Below, one piece after another: positions 1 to 23,189 of a DNA stretch of 64,000 bases. Positions within the stretch are counted from its first letter, which is position 1. Each line of letters begins with the position of its first letter. The stretch is from NCBI GenBank assembly GCA_903813345.2, contig CAIIXF020000001.1:12276001-12340000 (forward strand). The letters run 5' to 3'. The translations under genes were made by a program, and so were the position numbers. Source of the stretch: Owenia fusiformis. Taxonomy: Eukaryota. Under the pieces are notes generated by a model. The model worked only from the letters and a program-made list of their open reading frames with translations, was not told the origin of the DNA and ran no database searches.

Positions 1-3000
1 ATAGATTGGGTAACACCAGCCCCCCCCCCTTCTGCCCCCCCACCCCCAACCATGAGAAATAAGAGTTTAAAAGAAACTACATGAAATTCCAGCATCTTCA
101 ATAGACCCCCCTTCCAATAAAGTGTCTATTAAGATTAGTTACTGATTTCTTCATTAATACATTGTTAGTTTCATCTACAGGTTGACCCTTTCAAAGTCCT
201 TTGAATGAACATAGTGCACCCCTGGCAAACAGTTCAATCGAACCCTCCATTTGTAAATGATTTATTGAGGCATAAATCACATATTAAAAGTGAATAAAAT
301 ATTGATATATCTCGGCATAAACCTGTTTTATTTAATATTTTTCACAATCAAATACATGCCACATTTATGATATTATATTACATATTCTAAAAAACTACCA
401 AAATTAATATATTTAGTTATTTTATTGCCACCCAAGTTGGGCAGATGAGTGCATTATAGCTGTGAACATACATCCCAACATACTGCTACTGGATTATCCC
501 AAGCTACATATAATTAACAGATCTACATGGATTATCTAAATATAAATCGTAATCACAATCTGGGATATCTAGTATCAGTACATAGTAATGCATAATATTT
601 CCCACATATGTTCAAGCTGGCATCTTCAATGATATCATCTATCATTATATCTATAGCATACACATGTGTGAAATTAGTCAAAGACATGGTCAGCTTCTGA
701 CTGGCCACATCAGTGCCTATAAATAATATATCAACTACTTTACAAACCTGCTTATCTATTTCCTGGGATAATCTATCAGTGTCTTGATCCCTAATCTCTT
801 CATCTGCTCATCTCTCTAATCTGTTGTCTCATTGTAGACATGTGGTTGCCATAGATTTCTAGATCCCCAAGTGTTTAGTGGCCATGTGGTATCCAGAATC
901 TAGTTCAGTGTCCACAGTGTCTCTGTATTGTACGCATATTGAATGAGTATATTGGTTCAATTGCACTCTGATAACATAGAGCTATTCTTGTCATTTCATT
1001 CACTCAGTGACCTATGATACTATCAGCTGTTACACTGGCACTACATAATTGTTATACAATGTCTAATATATGCACATTGAGGACCAGTGAAGCTTGGACA
1101 GGGTTATTTTCAGGCCATTCACCAAGCTGGCATTCCATTTGGTCTTTCAGGCGGTAGCTTTCAGGCTAGCCTCGCTTCATATTACATTAATCTACCAGCC
1201 ATTCTCCATATTTAGTCTTACCCCAGTCAGTGTTGGTAAAAATAACTGTATTGTCAGTGAAGGGTAGAGGGGAGGAGGGTGGCTATGATGTTTGACCAAG
1301 TTCCTACCTCCTTACCCCCCTTATTTTATATTGTCCATTATCTATTGTTTCAGTGACCATATCATTAGTTTATCATCCCTGAATATACTTTCTATATCCT
1401 GGACTTTGATGTACCTATCTGATAAACTTCAGACAATCTTCTTCACTTTCGCTTATCTTATAAGAGTTCTGGGTCCTAGTCATCCGCAGTGGTGGCCCTG
1501 AACATGGATATCCTATCTGAAATATTTGTGAATGGATTAGAGGCAGATCTACTACCTTATAAAGGGGTAGTAGGATGCATACATACTCCATACATACATT
1601 AGCTACTGTGCATTTAATAAAATCATCACAGTGATATATATTGAAGTATGAATTTATATTTACTTAAAACCCTTTTTAATAGTTTATGCATGTTGACAAT
1701 GTTGCATTTAGTGCTATGATTGCTTATTTGCCATGCTGTACAGCCAATTGTTAGGATCGTTTGTCGATGTAATTACATGAGTTAATTCATTTTTTCTTTG
1801 TCAGTCCAATAATCTCTTCCTTCCTACTGTACTTAACATTATTGGTTAATAACAGGCAGTTTTCACGTTAACGACATACTATGCTATAATATTCTCGTTC
1901 CAAATTACAATGTGATTTGAATGCTAATAACCGAGTCATCATAGCACTGAATGAAGTTTGATGGGAGATAAACTGTAGAAAAGCCCTGTATGTATTCATT
2001 CACTTTGTCATCTGTTTTACAAAATTTAACACAATTATTGTGGCAAGTGCGAAAAATCTTGTTTTAAGATTCTCTTCCTATTTCTTCAACGAGAAAGGTA
2101 TATGTTGTTTAGGGATACTTGTGTTTGAGGGAAAGTGATAGAGGATGACATAGTCTTCCTTGATGTAAGATTTCTGTGTCTATATATATAGCTTTATCTG
2201 TAATATAGGCTACATGCGATTGATGTAAGAATTCTGTGCCTGTATGGTCTACACATACACTGATATCTATGCGAGACTTGTCTCTGTATAAGTTATACTG
2301 TATACATATATTACATATGTTCATCCTTCATATCAGGCTTCACTCAGGCTGGTACCTTTGACCACTTGGTATTCATGCATCCTTGCAGAGTAACCTGAGT
2401 TTGAAAGAAATGGTACCATCAAAAACTCTGAGATTCTGAGCCTTCATTGCATTTATTCACTGTCTTTTTGACAATGTTCATTCATTATCTCTCTCTCTGA
2501 AATTGAAAGAATCTGACATGGATTTATAAAAAATGATTCCCACAAAACTGGTCTCATTTTTCACTGATAACGCTCATTTTTACAGAAATCAGCCTCACAA
2601 TAGATGATCCAAAAATTGTAGGCATTTTATCAGGATTTTAAGCAAAAATAGGTATATCAATAAAAATTGTCAGATGCTACTTTATCACATGACAATAATC
2701 ATGTTTTCCTGTGAGATAGTTGAAGATGAGATAAAAGCTTGGTTGTTTTCATTGATGATAAAACAGTAAAAGAATTAATTAAATGTGACAGCATCAAAGG
2801 CAGATTTTGTATTTTTGAAATCAGAAAGATATATTGGTACATGGCTGTATAGTGATGGTAGGAGTCAATTTATGTTTGACTAACTCTCTCGAACAGGTTT
2901 CTGTTATAGAATGGAAACCGCCACACCCTCGGAACTACATAAATGTATTCTATGAGCTCTGCCATGATGAGATTAATACCATAATTATTTAAAGTATGTG

Positions 3001-4016
3001 TGAAGTGTAAAAAAGCAAATGTTTGTGTCTGGTACATAACTCCATATTAATGAGGCTTCGTTTTCTCAAAACTGAGATTGTACAAAAAAAACATTAACTG
3101 AACAAATTGATTTGTTAACATATTTGTAGAATCTCTGAAAGATGATACTGGGTGTGTAAGATTATATTCTGAACTTTGATTCTTTACTGTTATTTATACT
3201 TGAAGCAACATTAAACTTGAACCCTTTTCAAGAGCTGTATTTCTTTTATACTCTTTCAAAGAGGGATAAATTGTATTATAATTCATTACCCTACATATAA
3301 TAATTATTAGCAAATCAGATTATGTTATATTAATGAGAAGACATAGAGGCAACATGAGTAAAACACAAACAGTACAGTAGAGTAGTACAGTACAGTGTTC
3401 GGTAGTTGGTGTTTGGCATTATTCAGTTGGTGTTTGGTGTTTGACATCTGTAACAAATGACAGGTGGTGACATTTTACATGTTAATGTTTTCTTTGAGAT
3501 TGTTAAGCTCTTAATTAGTTGATAAGCATATAAACTGTTAAATCATTTATAATAGTCAGAGGGAGTTGTGGCTATCTGGTGTGAAACAGGGTACTCTACT
3601 GGCATTCATTAAGAGGTTAATGACCTCAAGTGACATCTATATTTGTGTTAGCCTGATTATGCTCATATTTGTACTTAGTTACATTTAGCTTGTTCCCATT
3701 GGATTCTGTTACATTGATGAGAAGACACAAAAGGCAACATGAGAAAAACACAAATCAACTCAAAACCTGTATTAACCAAAAACATACATGAAGCACTCTG
3801 TCTTAAAGTAATGTGATTTACAAAGTGATCCTGTGCCCTTTTACACAAGAGTCTTGCATCAAGTTTCTAGTCTTCTCCCTTATTAATTTCTTATATTTGG
3901 TATTTTTCAGATCAGGTAGGGCCTAATGCAAGACTTACCTAAATTAGAAAGTTAAATGTCTATGTATTCTGTCCGATCACTAGAGCAAGCCATGATGCTT
4001 TTAATGTGTGTTTCAG

Positions 4017-13140
<9,124 letters not shown>

Positions 13141-13473
13141 CTTTGAATCTCTGTGTATCTATGCTGAACAGCAACATAAACTGGACACTGAAGACAATGT
13201 GAAATGTACTATGATAAAATTCTCACTCTGATTTTGCTAATTTCAAATCCACTGAAAACTCTTCAATAGTGAATAAAATTATTGGGTCCTGTTTGGGGGC
13301 TGTTTTTAATGTGGAGCTTATTAGACTGGGTCATTTGTTATGTTTTAAGTGCAGCTGCTCAATAAATTCAATGATTTAAGGACTTGATAGACGACAGGTC
13401 ACTTTCGAGTTATTTGGAAATTCCCTTTTCACTGAACAACATGTAAATATTACTTAAGCAAAATCCAAAATCC

Positions 13474-13632
13474 AGTAAAACCTGTGATCTGGAATGTCAC
13501 TGTTATATTATTGGAACACCTCTGATAGTGGGAAACGACCAACTGACTTAATGTTAAATGAACCACTGGAATATCTCCCCTGTGGAACATTTCTCGTGGT
13601 ACGAAAAGTGTTCCACTTACACAGGCTTTACT
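13474..13632. mobile_element. Short Tigger/pogo-like MITE remnant in the probable mib1 3' UTR; similar remnants near 6923-7219 and 8770-8912
   Basis: Imperfect inverted ends CAGTAAAACCTGTG...ACAGGCTTTACT with internal GGAACAC/GTGTTCC motifs. Confidence 0.45.
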
Positions 13633-14478
13633 AAATATTAACTGCAATAACCAAGCAAAATTATATTTGGTGAATTGTCATGTCCTCCTTATAAAGAATA
13701 TTCAATATCAGTATGTTCTTAGTATTATGATGTTTTAAACTTCAAATTTATTTCGAATTTTCTGAAGCAATGAATTACATGTTGAAGAACATAATTTATA
13801 ACCCAGATAGATTCTGCCACTCTTACCCCTTAATATGTCTAGAAGTAAAAATTCATCAGAATCCATTCAAGTGGAATTCGTGTAATAAGAGTGATATTTT
13901 AGTATAGGTACATTGCATACAATATATTTAATGTACCTACATGTATGTATATCTGGAACTGAAATTTGAGTAGTTGTGTATGCTTATATACTAGTAAATG
14001 TACCTGTGTATACATACAACAGAAGAGACCAATTGTCAGTATAGTTGGTCTACTCAAATCTGATCTACTCAAATTTTGAATATTTGAAATGCTGATTTTA
14101 AAGTTAAAATAAGAGACTATTGCTATTATGAATATCAATTGTATTTGCATGCTTTTTGATCGTCGGTGTTATTATTGTATTGCAGTAAAGCACTAAATAT
14201 TTATTTCAATCTAACTTGACTTCAATTGTCTTTCAAAACATGAAGATCATACATTTTGCAATCCATAACTCTATTTTTGAAATTTGTTGAATCATATTGT
14301 TTCAAAAATTAAATGTTTATTGCCAATGTTTACACTCATCAATGACAGATTAGAGGTGCAACATTTTTGCACCAGATTTTTAAAGGGTTATATTCAATGT
14401 ACATTGTACAGGGTGTCAAAAAACAATGTTCATGCATATTTCAGGCCTGAATGATAGTGTAAATGGTCAAACATGGTG

Positions 14479-14538
14479 AAATAAAGAATTAGCCAATTAA
14501 ATAAAGAATTAGCCAATTAAATAAAGAATTAGCCAATT
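14479..14538. repeat. 20-bp tandem repeat x3 (AAATAAAGAATTAGCCAATT)
   Basis: Three consecutive exact copies visible in the sequence. Confidence 0.9.
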
Positions 14539-17500
14539 AGAGTTCATCCTTAAACCTCCCAAGTACCTATAAGTCCAAAGTTTTAACATTCACATCATTG
14601 ATTTTATACTCCCTAATAACCAGTTTAGGCCATGAAATCTTTAAAAACAAGGTTCCTTTAATGAGTCTGTAGTTGAGTCATTGCAGCTTTAGATGATTTT
14701 TCAAAAGATGCAGTACTAGTATTTCATAAAAATCAAAAAAGACCACCTACAAAATCCTATCTGCGTCTGCGTCAGCAGATGTGATATAGAAAAACATGTC
14801 CATCTCTTAAGCATTTAAAATTTTTCGTATTTTATACATGTATGCTCTGTGAGACATAGATGCTCATACTGAAATCATGTATTACTGCTAATCATCAATT
14901 TTGTCAGTCATACATCTAAGGTTATTGTAGGGAAGAGCAGGCCAATATAAGGACCTCTGCAATTTCTAGGTTTACATTAATTCTTACCTCTGTCACATCA
15001 GGAACAAAATATTGTAAACAGACCATGGAGACAATAATCTTACATGTAGGTCGTAGGACCAAGATGTTTATTGCAATGTAGACCTTACTTTGTGAATAAA
15101 AATATTCTGTGTTTTAGTACATCTCTAAGTAATTGCAAAATTTACATTATAGGATAATAAGAAGTTCAATAACTGAAAAATAAAAGATGTCTACACTTAT
15201 AAAATGTATGAGGCCATCCTGTTTATGGCTAATGTAAAGCTGAATATGTTACATGTTAAAGGTTTTGGGTCTTTACTCTCCTCTTGTTGAATCTATTGGT
15301 TATGATCGTAATTAAGGGAATGCAACAAGATAGAACGGAGTCCTGTGGTCACTATGAGGTAAATTCCAGATACGAGCATTAATATGTTACCCAATGGTAT
15401 CTGTGTATGTTATGGGTGTGTTTTATTACATTTGTTGAAGGGAGGGGTCTATCAAAGAATTAATAACATTTTCATTTTATGCAAATTATCTATAGTATTG
15501 CCAAATTATCACATTTTATTTTTAAAGGCTAAATTATCACTTCACAAAATTATTAATATGTCTTATTCATTCTGGACAATTTGGGAGATAATACATACTA
15601 AATCTTAATTATTATGATAGACCCCCTCTATTTAATGCCCTGAAACTTTCTGACCACCCCAGCCTTTGTTACACAACTATGTAAAAGGCAGTCAGAATGT
15701 TCGGCAACAGATAAATAAATCAGCAGTTTTAAAAAATCAACTGACAAAATGTGAGGGAAGTATAAAACAATAGGGTTTAGAAATTCAAATTAATTCATTT
15801 ATATCATTTATATCAAAATAAAAAAGGATGTATTTAACAAAAAAAATCAGAAGATCGCAATCATGTCAAAATGTTATAGCTATTTATAATAGAGAATTTT
15901 GTATATAGAATTAAATTAAACTAACTAGATAAAATGTTGAAACTTTATGCATGGATGACATCTATAAACATTAAATCCTATTGCAACCACTACCTTTATT
16001 TGTTTGTTGTTTGATGGGAAGTATGTAGGATGACTACTGTAAATTGCTTTGGTTTGACGGCTGTTTTAATTTTGCGAGTTGATAAAAACCTCTAAATTAA
16101 GTCTTCGCCAATTTTTGAAAAATCCCCTGGACCTAAAATCTCGTCTACCCAATGTTTGCACGCAAAATTGACGTTATTCATGACTGAAATCGGGAAGACA
16201 AAAATGTGGGATATTCTTTCAGACACAAATCCATTTTGGTAAGGTTTGTTTTAAAGTCGAAAAGCCTCAATAAGACAATACAAACCCAGATAAAACTCGA
16301 GAGACTGCCGGAAGGCAGATTTCATGTAATGATTTACGTTCATGTAAACAAGTAAAGTACATATAATCCCCATATAAAACACTGGCCTACGTGACATGTA
16401 ATATAACATGTTCAAACTGAAATATAGAAATATGTTTTCAACATAGCATTTGCTTCCGTGTTCTTTATCCCCCTCTACCTGCTTAATAAGGCAATTTATC
16501 CTATGCCAAGTAGAGTTTTAGAGATAAGTTGGAAAGATATATCCCGTATCCTGATTTTGAGGTTTCCATATCCTGAACCTCCATATCTCCCGCCATATCT
16601 CCCGCTCCAGGGCATATCTTCCCGCTTCGAAAATTTTTTTTTGAAAAAATAAGAAAAAATTGAAAAAAATAAAAAATGTGAAAAAATAAAAAATTGAAAA
16701 AAGAAAAAAAAATTGAAAAAAAATTAGAAAATGTGAAAAAATAATTGAAAGAAAATTAGAAAACTCTACTTGGTATATAGGCCAGTCAATTGGTGATTTC
16801 ACATCTGACAAATTGCAATAGTTTTGAAACATGGTTTAATTGGTGAATTGATATATATGAAGCAACATATTAAAAATATAGGAAAATATATGTAGTGGAC
16901 AAATATGAAATTTCACTTCTTAGGTACCCCCACCCCAATTTTGACTAGGGGTAAGGGGAAAAATAATTTCTCCATATTTGAATAGTTTCTTCATGTTTTT
17001 ATGTTGTATTAGTTCAGGGGAAAGATTTAAAGTGGATTTAAATCTACTTTTAATGCTTTTTTGTGCCAACAATTGACAATTTACCTCCCAAATACACCAA
17101 AATATGTTGTCATATGGCCAAAATATTTTATAATAATGTATATATTTCTCAATTCCTTGATCCAAGAGCCATAGAAAAATTCATGGTAATACTTCTATAT
17201 ACAGGTGATACACATATGGAATACTGACTTCTCAACTTGCAAATTGTTGAAGAAAAAAATATTTAAAATTTCAATTTTTTGCCCCGCCCACTTTTGGGGT
17301 GACCTTACTTTTGCAACATAACTTCCAATATATACCACATATGTCCTCAAATTTGATATCAAAATACAGATATAAACCCATTCTGTCTTGTACATAACTT
17401 TTTATTGGAGTTATTTCCCCTGTCTTGTTAAAAATCTCATAATATGTTGGATGCAAGATAAAATATTAGGGTCCAATTACCGTTACTTAATAACAACTGC

Positions 17501-17862
17501 GATATCACATATCTATAGCTTAAATCAACTCTAATTTGAGAATACAACAAATACAACATGGTTACCTGACCAATAAACACTATCTCTTAGTTATTTAATC
17601 ATTAAACAGTTTTAAAATGAAACTTAGAAACACTAGCGCCATCTAAAATTCAAGGGTCGACTTCAAAGTTGACTTCAAACGTTTTTCATCTATTGCAAAA
17701 TTAGCTTTTCCAAATTAATATATTTGAACAGAGGTGTAGAAAAAGAAAAATACAAAATGAACATCAAAATAACAATTATACATTGAATATATAAATAAAT
17801 AACATCTATTTAATATAAATATACATATATTTATTCTATATAATGTATCAATATTACCAGCC

Positions 17863-20800
17863 ATGTTTCAGAACAACATCAGCTGGTCTGACATGGTCAA
17901 ATCACGTATTAGTTTTACTAACGATTTACCATCTGCAGATGCAGTGTACCATAAGGTTTGTAGTGGTAACTTTAGATCAGGCAAGGGCATACCACAACAG
18001 TTTCAACTGAGTGATGGGGAAAGGCAACCAAAAATGAAAAGAATGAGTGGACACCCTAATAAGACATGCAACGACAAGATGCTTTCAATAAAGTTGTTAC
18101 CTTTCTTGAGGCGAATGATGATGAACAAATAACTGTCACTGATCTTATTAGCAAGGTGAAAGAGTTCATAAATGACAGTGAAATTGAACCCTATAGCTTT
18201 AAATACATGAAGAAAGAGCTGAAAGCATTCTCTGGTGAGAACCTTATCATCAGTGATATCCAAGGAATACAAAATGTTGTTACCTTTCATGACAATGCTG
18301 CCAAAATATTGCATGCTTTTCATCAACACAAAGGAGACCAAGTAGATGAAAAAGAGAAAATTATAGAAACTGCAGCAAGTTTGATAAAAAGTGCCATAGA
18401 GGACAAAAAGCAATCTCCCCAAACTTATCCTGAATATGACACAATGTCCTCCATCAATGAGCCATTAGACTTTTTACCTGACATTTTGTCGATGTTTTTG
18501 AGCAAGTTGTTTGTTGGTAAAGATGTTAGAAACAAAGAAGCATGAATTGGACAAGCTATTATGCAGGCCACTCGTCCAAATGCCCTTTTGGCCCCATTAC
18601 AGCTTGGTCTAGGTGTGCAGCTCCATCATCATTTCCAGTCAAGATTTTTGATTGACACACGTAACAAACATGGGTTTACTTGCTCATATTCTGAGGTCCA
18701 GAAGTTTGAAAGGAGTGCAGCATTGATGCAAAACACAGACATACCTAACATTACTCCTAATTATGTTGTACATCATGTTGCAGATAATGTAGATCACAAC
18801 GTTTGAACTCTCGATGGCAAGAATACGTTCCATGGAATGGGCATTATTGCAACAGTCACACCTAAAGTGAGAACAACTCGGCCAGTGATCAGACATGATG
18901 TGTCTTCAGAAGATATAGAGGCAATTGGTCGCATCAATACTCACTACTATTCAAATGATAATGATTTGTTTAGTAGTTTGAGGCATGAAGAGCTTGTGAG
19001 ACAATCATTTGATAAACCTTTAACAGGCTTTGATCTTGTGTGGAAATAATTCTTGTATGATAGTATTTGTGAAACAATGCATGTTGTTTTTTAACTGTAT
19101 AATTATATATAAATGTCTTGTAATTGATTTTGTGAGGAAACCAAGTGTTTGGTTTGAAACACAATAAAATCTTGAATCTTGAATCTTCTTGCTTTTTAAG
19201 ACTCCTTGTCCACTTTGGTCAGGATTTATGCAGATGGTTTATAAGGGGGAATATCCTGGTGAATCTTCAGTCATGTTTTCTACCTTTGATAGATATGGAC
19301 CCAGGTAACATGTCATGTATCTACTCCACTCCACTCCACTCCAAATACAGTTGGTCATATGTTATCTGGTAAGGCAGTTTCTAGGGCAGTTAGAGGCCAC
19401 CTTCTGATCGATAGTGCATTGAATACTATGTTAGCAGCTCAGATATATGACATTGATCTTGATCAGACCAATGAAGAACAAAATGATTCACAAGAACAAC
19501 CATTTGTAGAAGTAGAGAATGATACTACCCATATTGACCTGAAGGAATTGCATCTTGTCCTTGATAAGATAATTAATCATGTTCATGACAATGATGACAA
19601 AATTGATGTTGCAACAGTCTTTGGAGAAAAGCTTCAAGCTGAGAAGGACTCACTTGAAAACCTAAAAACAGCAAAGCTATGGTTGCAATATATGGATATG
19701 ATCGACCTATTTAGGAACTTCATAAAAGGAGAAAGGATTGGGAGTTGGACACTTCATCTCCAATGTTTGCATGATATGTTGCCATATTTTGCAGCAGCAG
19801 GTCACAATCTATACCTAAAGTCTGTATATCTTTATCTCCAAAAATGAATAACCTTGAAAAAACAGAGCCCAGAGGAATATGCCCATTTTATGAATGGGCT
19901 ACATGTCATTCGTCGATCAGATAGGTCATGGGCAGGACTATCTGCAGACCTCATGATTGAGCAATGCCTAATGCGAAGCATCAAGTCAACAGGAGGTCTC
20001 ACGAGAGGCCGGGGTGTGGCTGAAATTCAGCGTCTGGTGTGGATTCGTTCCTCACCAGCATGCGGAGAGATAAGCAGTGCAATGCAAGAACTCACTGATA
20101 TAACATATGCCACAAGTGAGCAGCATAAAGATGCAACACCAACAAGAATCACCAGAGATGTAACAGATGCTAAATGTATCCTGAAATACCTTGTTGAAAG
20201 AAATCCCCTTTTTCCTGAACAATCATTACGTAACATCACAACAGGAGTTGCAGCTTCTTCTGTCAATGCATATGACGCAAAAGAATTAGGCAACGTGATT
20301 GTGGCATCTATGATTGGGAAAAAGGTATCTGAGTGTTCCTTCAAAAGAAAAAGCCAAGCTGTGACCATGGGATCAAAAACTGCAGTCAAGGTTAACAATG
20401 AAGAAATACACATAGATCCTATTTTGCTTTTTCAATGCCTAACCATAGCTGGTACACGATCTGGTGATTTGTCAGAGGCTCTAGGTTATGAGCTTTGTTC
20501 CTTTCCACTGGCTTTGTTTGAATCAAAAGGTGTAATGAGACCAGCGGTAAAATCACAACTGGCAGAGGCATTGTGGACACCAAAAATATCTTCCTTACCA
20601 GGGCCAAGTGACAAAGATGTTCAACATGTAATTGATGGAGGCGCCCTTCTTCATCGCATTCCTTGGCAAAAAGGTTTTACATGGGAGAACATTTTAAGCC
20701 AATATGTATACTATGTGCAGATGAGGTACCAAAATGCTGAAATACTGTTTGATGGGTATCAAAATGGCCCTAGCACAAAAGATGCAACTCATCTTCGTAG

Positions 20801-21769
20801 AAATGGAGGGAAAACCGGGACTGTAATCCAATTCATTAACACAATGAAACTCCAATGTAAGAAAGAAGATTTCTTAATGAATCAAACAAACAAGCAGAAT
20901 TCTATTTTTCTGCTGTCAGAGCGACTAGAATCCATAGGTTGTGAGGTTTTCCATGCAGAGGCAGATGCAGACCTTCTCATTGTAGAGACTGCAATTGAAT
21001 GTGCTGCAACTTCTGAGACCATTCTTGTAGGAGATGACACTGATCTCCCTGTGCTGCTTATTCATCACGCCCACAACATTGAACACAACATATTCTTCAA
21101 GTCTGAACCAAAGCAATCCACACACAAAACCAAAATATGGAACATCAAAGATACAAGACTATCTTTAGGTGACATAGTGTGCAGCAACATCCTATTCATT
21201 CATGTGTTTCTTGGCTGTGATACTACATCAAGGCTATTTGGAGTTGGGAAATGGGTCTCAGAAAGGCAGATAAAGAAATCTGATGTATTTCAGAAAAGTG
21301 CTTGTACATTTAAATTGCATGATGCCACACAAGACATGATATCAAAAGAAGGAGAACCTGCCTTTGTATCATTATTAGGAGGTAAGCTTGGGCAAACCTT
21401 TAACAAATTGAGATTACAAAAGTTTCATGAGAAAGCTGCCTCTAGTCGAGAGTCTGTTCATCCAAAAGTGCTTCCACCGACACCTGATGCTGCAAAACAC
21501 CACAGCCTAAGGGTATATCATCAAGTACAATCATGGATGGGGGTAAATCTTCCACCAGAAGAATGGGGATGGGGATGAACAATGGCCACTATCTCCCAGT
21601 TGCTACAACTTTACCGGCAGGACCTTCTTCACTCTTAGAAAAGATCAAATGTAATTGTAAGACAGGTTGCACAATAATGCACTTCACATGTCGAAAGAAT
21701 GGAATGGACTGTTCCATGGCATGTGGTGAATGTAGAGGAATATGTGCAAATATAAATAATGATGACTAA
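17863..21769 (+). pseudogene. Disrupted Academ polyprotein (transposase region, XPG/FEN1-PIN nuclease, CXC/Cys8 finger)
   Basis: Collinear ORF pieces 17863, 18066, 18561, 18837, 19359, 19854-21578 and 21533-21769. Motifs ADNVDHN..TLDGKNTFHGMG, HLQCLHDMLPYFAAAGHNLY, IDGGALLH, FDGY, EADAD, GDDTD, GCDTTSRLFGVGK and CNCKTGC..CRKNGMDCSMACGECRG. Stops at 18543, 18804, 19047, 19845; frameshifts near 18060, 19280, 21575. Confidence 0.85.
19056..19185 (+). mobile_element. 5'-truncated non-LTR retroposon fragment inserted in the Academ ORF
   Basis: Ends in AATAAAA followed by TCTTGAA repeats. Flanked by TTCTTG at 19050-19055 and 19186-19191. Removing it rejoins WK*FLLFKTPCPLWSGFMQ. Confidence 0.65.
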
Positions 21770-23189
21770 TTGCCAACCGCAATCTCTCTTGAAGTCCAAA
21801 ATCTGCAATGCCCTGTAGCAGTCTGAGATACTAGTATTTTAAGATTTCACAAATCTTTCTAAATCAGTGATTGTACTTTTATTTTAAACAAATACACTAT
21901 TATACCTTCACATAAGCACATAAATAAGTGCAATGGTCCATAATTGGCACATTTGATATAAATATATGTCAAAACATACAGTATTAGCCTTACAAAATAC
22001 CCCCCCCCCCCCCCCATTTTACAGATTTTTCAAATTGCAGTTATAATTTTGTCCAAAACAGGAGTCCCAAACTCTAATAAAAGTTAATATTGGATGAAAT
22101 ATGCCCAAATCATTCTTTAAGTTGTAGAATTGTTAAGAAATACTGCATAATTTGAAAATTATTTAGCAAAAGTAAGGTCACCCCAAAAGTGGGCGGGGCA
22201 AAAATGTAAAACTTATATATTTTTTTTCTTCCCCAATATGCCACTGATGATACTGGTATCCCATATATGTTATGTCTATATATACATGTATCACCATAAT
22301 TTTTTTAATCATTTTGGAATGCACCAGTCTAGAAATATAAGAAAAGATACATGAACTGTCGATCATTTAATGACACATTTGGGGTCGTCGAGGGTGAAAC
22401 AAAAAATTCTAAGCCTCAAATGAAAGTTTACTTCGGTAAAAATTTGTCTTTTGTCATTCTATTATCATAATATAACAAGAAAACTTGAAAAAACTATTCA
22501 ATTATAGATAAAAAAAAAATTTTTAACAAATAGTCAAATTTAGGGGTGGGTCGTAGGGGGTACCTATGAAGTAAAATTTGACATTTGTCCACTAATTATA
22601 TTTTCCTATATTTTTGATATGATATAAGGTGAATATTGATCAACAATTTAAACTAAGTTTGCAAACTATTGCAATTTGTCCTAGGTTAGGCTGTTTTTTT
22701 CCACCAATTGACTGGCCTAATAGGATAAAGCAGTTATTTACGATCGGTTTAGATATTGGGTTCATCCCTCATGAGATATGCACATCTACCTTCGGTCCCT
22801 CAGGTAGATATGCATATCTCCCTCTGGATAAACCCCATATCCAAAACCTCCCAGTATATAACCCTTATGTATCTTCAAATAAAACCTTAGCCAAGTTGAT
22901 TAGAGTCTCTGGAACACTTTTGTAAATACATGTAGTTCTCACAAGCAATTTTGTTTGTGAATCTCAAATTTTGTCTTCCCGATTTCAGTCATGAATAACG
23001 CCAATTTCGCGTGCAAACTTTGGGTAGACGTTGTTATTTCCGGACACCCAAACGTGTCAGGAACACATAGACACTTGAATGATCTTGATTGGACATCAGG
23101 TTGCAGAAAAATCGTAATTTTACTGAGTGGCTTCACGAAAAAATAAAAAGACTACGCCTCGTTAACAAATACTGTTTAGACTGACTTCA

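Larger units (their letters stand above)
16778..22719 (+). mobile_element. Academ superfamily DNA transposon (AcademX type), decayed
   Basis: Perfect terminal 18-mer TAGGCCAGTCAATTGGTG / CACCAATTGACTGGCCTA. Patchy inverted similarity extends over 500 bp (e.g. 17281-17314 vs 22166-22199). 3-bp TSD ATA (16775-16777, 22720-22722). The internal disrupted ORF has a transposase-like region, an XPG/FEN1-like nuclease and a Cys-rich tail, which is the described AcademX layout. Confidence 0.85.
16496..22868. repeat. Dispersed non-autonomous repeat, copy 2, split by the Academ insertion
   Basis: Left part 16496-16777 and right part 22720-22868 match copy 1. Removing Academ and one TSD restores AAAACTCTACTTGGTATAGGATAA, the inverse (1 mismatch) of TTATCCTATGCCAAGTAGAGTTTT at 16496. 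Confidence 0.75.

Noticed and set aside
400-1600. Coding-like composition in the first mib1 intron
   Set aside because: No sustained frame or motif that I could recognise.
19056-19200. GT...AG stretch as a spliceosomal intron of the Academ gene
   Set aside because: The AATAAA plus TCTTGAA tail and TTCTTG duplication fit a retroposon insertion better, and splicing would not remove the upstream stop.
18543-19847. In-frame TGA codons in the Academ ORF as selenocysteine or programmed readthrough
   Set aside because: They co-occur with a TAA stop, frameshifts, an insertion and a deletion; ordinary decay is the simpler explanation.
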